64,000 nt of DNA from the NCBI RefSeq assembly GCF_963921235.1, contig NC_086100.1, positions 204,416,001 to 204,480,000 of the forward strand, written 5' to 3'. Under the pieces are notes generated by a model. It was not told where the DNA came from. It searched no databases and worked only from the letters and a program-made list of their open reading frames with translations. A program made the position numbers and the translations under genes. Every line of letters begins with the position of its first letter. The stretch's first letter is position 1. This stretch comes from Mobula hypostoma (taxonomy: Eukaryota). This document shows positions 59,923-64,000 of this stretch, piece after piece.

Positions 59923-62900
59923 TAAGACCATAAGACAAAGGAGCAGAAGTCGGCCATTCGGCCCATCGAGTCTGCTCCGCCATTTTATCATGAGCTGATC
60001 CATTCTCCCATTGAGTCCCACTCCCCCACCTTCTCACCATAACCTTTGATGCCCTGGCTACTCAGATACCTATCAATCTCTGCCTTAAATACATCCAATG
60101 ACTTGGCCTCCACTGCTGCCCGTGGCAACAAATTCCATAGATTCACCACCCTCTGACTAAAAAAATTTCTTTGCATTTCTGTTCTGAATGGGCACCCTTC
60201 AATCCTTAAGGTATGCCCTCTCGTACTAGACTCCTCCATCCTGGGAAACAACTTTGCTACATCCACTCTGTCCATGCCTTTCAACATTCGAAATGTTTCC
60301 ATGAGGTCTCCCCTCATTCATCTAAACTCCAAAGAATACAGTCCAAGAACGGACAAATGTTCCTCATATGTTAACCCTCTCATTCCCGGAATCATTCTAG
60401 TGAATCTTCTCTGTACCCTCTCCAACATCAGCACATCCTTTCTTAAATAAGGAGACCAAAACTGCCAACAGTACTCCAAGTGAGGTCTCACCAGCGCCTT
60501 ATAGAGTCTCAACATCACATCCCTGCTCCTATACTCTATTCCTCTAGAAATGAATGCCAACACTGCATTCACCTCCTTCACTACTGACTCAACCTGGAGG
60601 TTAACTTTAAGGGTATCCTGTACGAGGACTCCCAAGTCCCGTTGCATCTCAGAACTTTGAATTCTTTCCCCATTTAAATAATAGTCTGCCCGTTTATTTT
60701 TTTCTGCCAGAGTGCATAACCATACACTTTCCAACATTGTACTTCATTTGCCACTTCTCTGCCCATTCTTCCAATCTATCCAAGTCCCTCTGGAGACTCT
60801 CCATTTCCTCAGCACTACCAGCCCCTCCACCTATCTTCGTATCGTCAGCAAACTTAGCCTCAAAGCCATCTATTCCATAATCCAAATAGTTGATGTACAA
60901 TGTAAAAAGAAGCGGCCCCAACACGGACCCCTGTGGAACACCACTGGTAACCGGCAGCCAACCAGAATAGGATCCCTTTATTCCCACTCTCTTGTTTCTT
61001 GACAATCAGCCAACGCTCTATCCACGTATGTAACTTTCCCGTAATTCCATGGGCTCTGATCTTGTTAAGTAGCCTCATATGTGGCACCTTGTCAAAGGCC
61101 TTCTGAAAATCCAAATATACAACATCCACTGCATCTCCCTTGTCTAGTCTACTGGTAATTTCCTCAAAAAACTGTAATAGGTTTGTCAGGCAGGATTTTC
61201 CTGTAAGGAATCCATGCTGAGTTCTGCCTATCTTGCCATATGCCTCCAGGTACTCTGTAACCTCATCCTTGACAATCGACTCCAACAATTTCCCAACCAC
61301 TGATATCAAGCTAACAGGTCTATAATTTCCTTTTTGCTTCCTTGCCCCCTTCTTGTAGCGGAGTGACATTTGCAATCTTCCAGTCCTCTGGAACCATGCC
61401 AGAATCTATCGACTTTTGAAAGATCATCGCTAATGCCTCCGCAATCTCCACAGCTACTTCCTTCAGAACACGCGGGTGCATTCCATCTGGTCCAGGAGAT
61501 TTATCTACCTTTAGCCTATTCAGCTTCCTGAGTACTTTCTCTGTCGTAATTGTGACTGCGCACACTTCTCTTCCCTGCCACCCTTGAGTGTCCGGTATAC
61601 TGCTGATGTCTTCCTCAGTGAAGACTGATGCAAAATACTCGTTCAGTTCCTCTGCTATCTCCTTATCTCCCATTACAATTTCATCATTTTCTATTGGTCC
61701 TATATCTACTCTCACCTGTCTTTTACTCCTTATATACTTGAAAAAGCTTTTAGTATCCTCTTCGATATTATTTGCTAGCTTCCTTTCATAGTTAAGCTTT
61801 TCCCTCTTAATGACCTTCTTGGTTTCCTTTTGTAAGGTTTTAAAAACTTCCCAATTCTCTGTCTTCCCACTAATTTTTGCTTCCTTGTATGCCCTCTCCT
61901 TTGCTTTAACTTTGGCTTTGACTTCTCTTCTCAACCACGGTTGCATCCTTTTTCCACTCGAAAATTTCTTCTTTTTTGGAATATACCTGTCTTGCACCTT
62001 CCTCATTTCTCGCATAAACTCCAGCCACTGCCTGTCTGCTGCCTTTCCCGCCAGTGTCCCTTTCCAGTCAACTTTGGCCAGTTCCTCTCTCACGCCACTG
62101 TAATTTCCTTTACTCCTCTGAAATACCGACACATCAGATTTTGGCTTCTCTTTTTCAAATTTCACAGTGAACTCAATCATTATGATCACTGCCTCCTAAG
62201 GGTTCCTTCAGCTCAATCTCTCTAATCACCTCCGGTTCATTACACAATACCCAATCCAGTACAGCCGATCCCCTAGTGGGCTCAACAACAAGCTGTTCTA
62301 AAAAGCCATCTCGCAGACATTCTACAAATTCTCTCTCGAGATCCAGTGCCGACCTGATTTTCCCAATCTACTCACATGTTAAAACCCCCCACAATTATCA
62401 TAACACTGCCCTTCTGACAAGCCTTTTCTATTTCCTGTTGTAATTTGTATTCCACATCCCTGCAGCTGTTTGGAGGCCTATAAATAACTGCCATCAGGGT
62501 CCTTTTACCCCTGCTATTTCTTAGCTCAACCCATAAAGATTCTGCACCTTCCAATCCTATATCGCCTCTTTCTAATGATTTAATATCATTTCTTACCAAT
62601 AAAGCTATGCCTCCCCCTCTGCCTACCTTCCTATCCTTCCGATACATCGTGTATCATTAGACGTTCAGCTCCCAGAGACATGCATCCTTTAGCCACGTCT
62701 CAGTGATGGCCACAATATCATACCTGCCAATCTGTAGCTGTACGACAAGATCATCCACCTTATTCCTCGTGCTGCGTGCATTTAAGTACAACACCTTAAC
62801 ACCAGTATTTCATACTTTTCGTTTTGATTTCACTGCAACTTTATTGCACTGCAACTCATCCCAATGGCTACAAATTTGCCCCATCACCTGCCTGTCTTGT

Positions 62901-64000
62901 CTGACATCTTTACCGCTCACTATCTTAGATTTATTTCTGTTTTCCCCTTCCTCCGCTCTGTCATTCCGGTTCCCATCCCCCTGTCAAATTAGTTTAAACC
63001 CTCCCTAACAGCTCTATTAAACTTTCCCGCCAGGATATTGGTCCCCTTCGGGTTCAGGTGTAATCTGTCCTTTTTGAACAGGTCATACTTCCCCCAGAAG
63101 AGATCTCAATTATCCAAGAATCTGAAGCCCTGCCCCCTGCACCAGTCTCTCAGCCACGCATTCATCTGCCTGATCTGACTATTCTTGCTCTCGCTAGCCC
63201 GTGGCACAGGTAGCAATCCCGAGATTACTACCCTGGAGGTCCTGCTTCTCAGCTTCCTTCCCAACTCCTGGAAATCTCTCTTCAGGACCTCCTCCTTTGT
63301 CCTATCTATATCATTGGTACCAATATGTACCAAGACAACTGGCTGCTCACCCTTCCCCTTTAGAATATTCAGAACCCGATCCAAGACATCCCATACCCTG
63401 GCACCTGGGAGGCAACACACCATACGGGTATCTCTATCAGGCTCGCAGAATCTCCTGTCCGTTCCCCTGACTATGGAATCCCCTATGACTACTGCATTCC
63501 TCTTCTCCCTCCTTCCCTCCTGCACAACAGCATCAGGCTCAGTGCCAGAGACCCGGTCACCGTGGGCGTCCCCTGTCAGGTCATCCCCCTCAACAGCATC
63601 CAGAACAAGATATTTGTTGCTGAGGGAGACAGCCACAGGGGTGCTCTCCACTATCCGGGCATTTCCCTTCCCTCTCTTGACAGTGACCCAGTGTTCTGAC
63701 TCCTGTAGCCTAGGGATGACTACTGACCCCTGTATCCTCGGGATGACTACCTCCCTGTAGCTCCTGTCTATCACCTCTTCACTTTCCCTGATAAGCAGTA
63801 GCTTATCAAGCTGCAGCTGCAGATCCCTAACACGGTCTCTGAGGAGCTGCATCTCGGTGCACCTGGCGCAGATGTGGCCATCAGGGAGACTGGAGGTCTC
63901 CCAGGATTCCCACATCTGACACCCTGAGCAAAGCACTAACCCTGCAGGCATGCTATCTAATTCTACAGGAATGAAACAAGAAAAGTAAGTCTACTCACCC
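59923..64000 (-). mobile_element. CR1-D near full-length copy, running off the window; ORF1 at 63106-63951
   Basis: ORF1 has CSGC..HICARC, a coiled coil and GDSIVR/HIGTND esterase motifs, with a premature TGA; ORF2 is fragmented (62372-62647, 61320-62189, 60860-61375, 60318-60737). Confidence 0.95.

Noticed and set aside
63963..63998. GT..AG mini-intron before CR1-D ORF1
   Set aside because: Only ~36 nt, too short for a typical vertebrate intron, and upstream context lies outside the window

Overview
Eukaryotic, vertebrate-type DNA that is mostly nested retroelement debris. The repeat mix suggests a cartilaginous fish such as a ray (inference, not proven): several CR1 LINE families with an SGNH-esterase ORF1, Rex1/Babar, L1/Tx1, Penelope, CORE-SINEs, a Gypsy remnant, a solo LTR and a tRNA-His-primed ERV. 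The host-gene content is a cluster of three paralogous C2H2 zinc-finger loci with no recognisable KRAB/SCAN domain: a decayed + copy (~2.3-7.0 kb), a + copy with a 10-finger ORF (24060-24983; candidate NRF1-type promoter at ~9.4 kb), and a convergent - copy with ~28 fingers broken by stops (46.3-49.2 kb). One young CR1 family (called CR1-A here, (TTTCTATG)n tail) has inserted at least 11 times. Most notable: two ~100-130 bp Penelope-derived inserts with long TSDs that start at a minimal hammerhead-ribozyme motif; a shared ZNF architecture with a conserved in-frame TGA just before the finger array; a CR1 hetero-dimer nested antisense in its own family; a locally templated inverted copy of ERV gag; and an ERV gag with PPPY, PSAP and LYPxL-like late motifs. 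Boundaries were read by eye and are approximate unless a TSD is quoted. Family labels CR1-A to E are my own.
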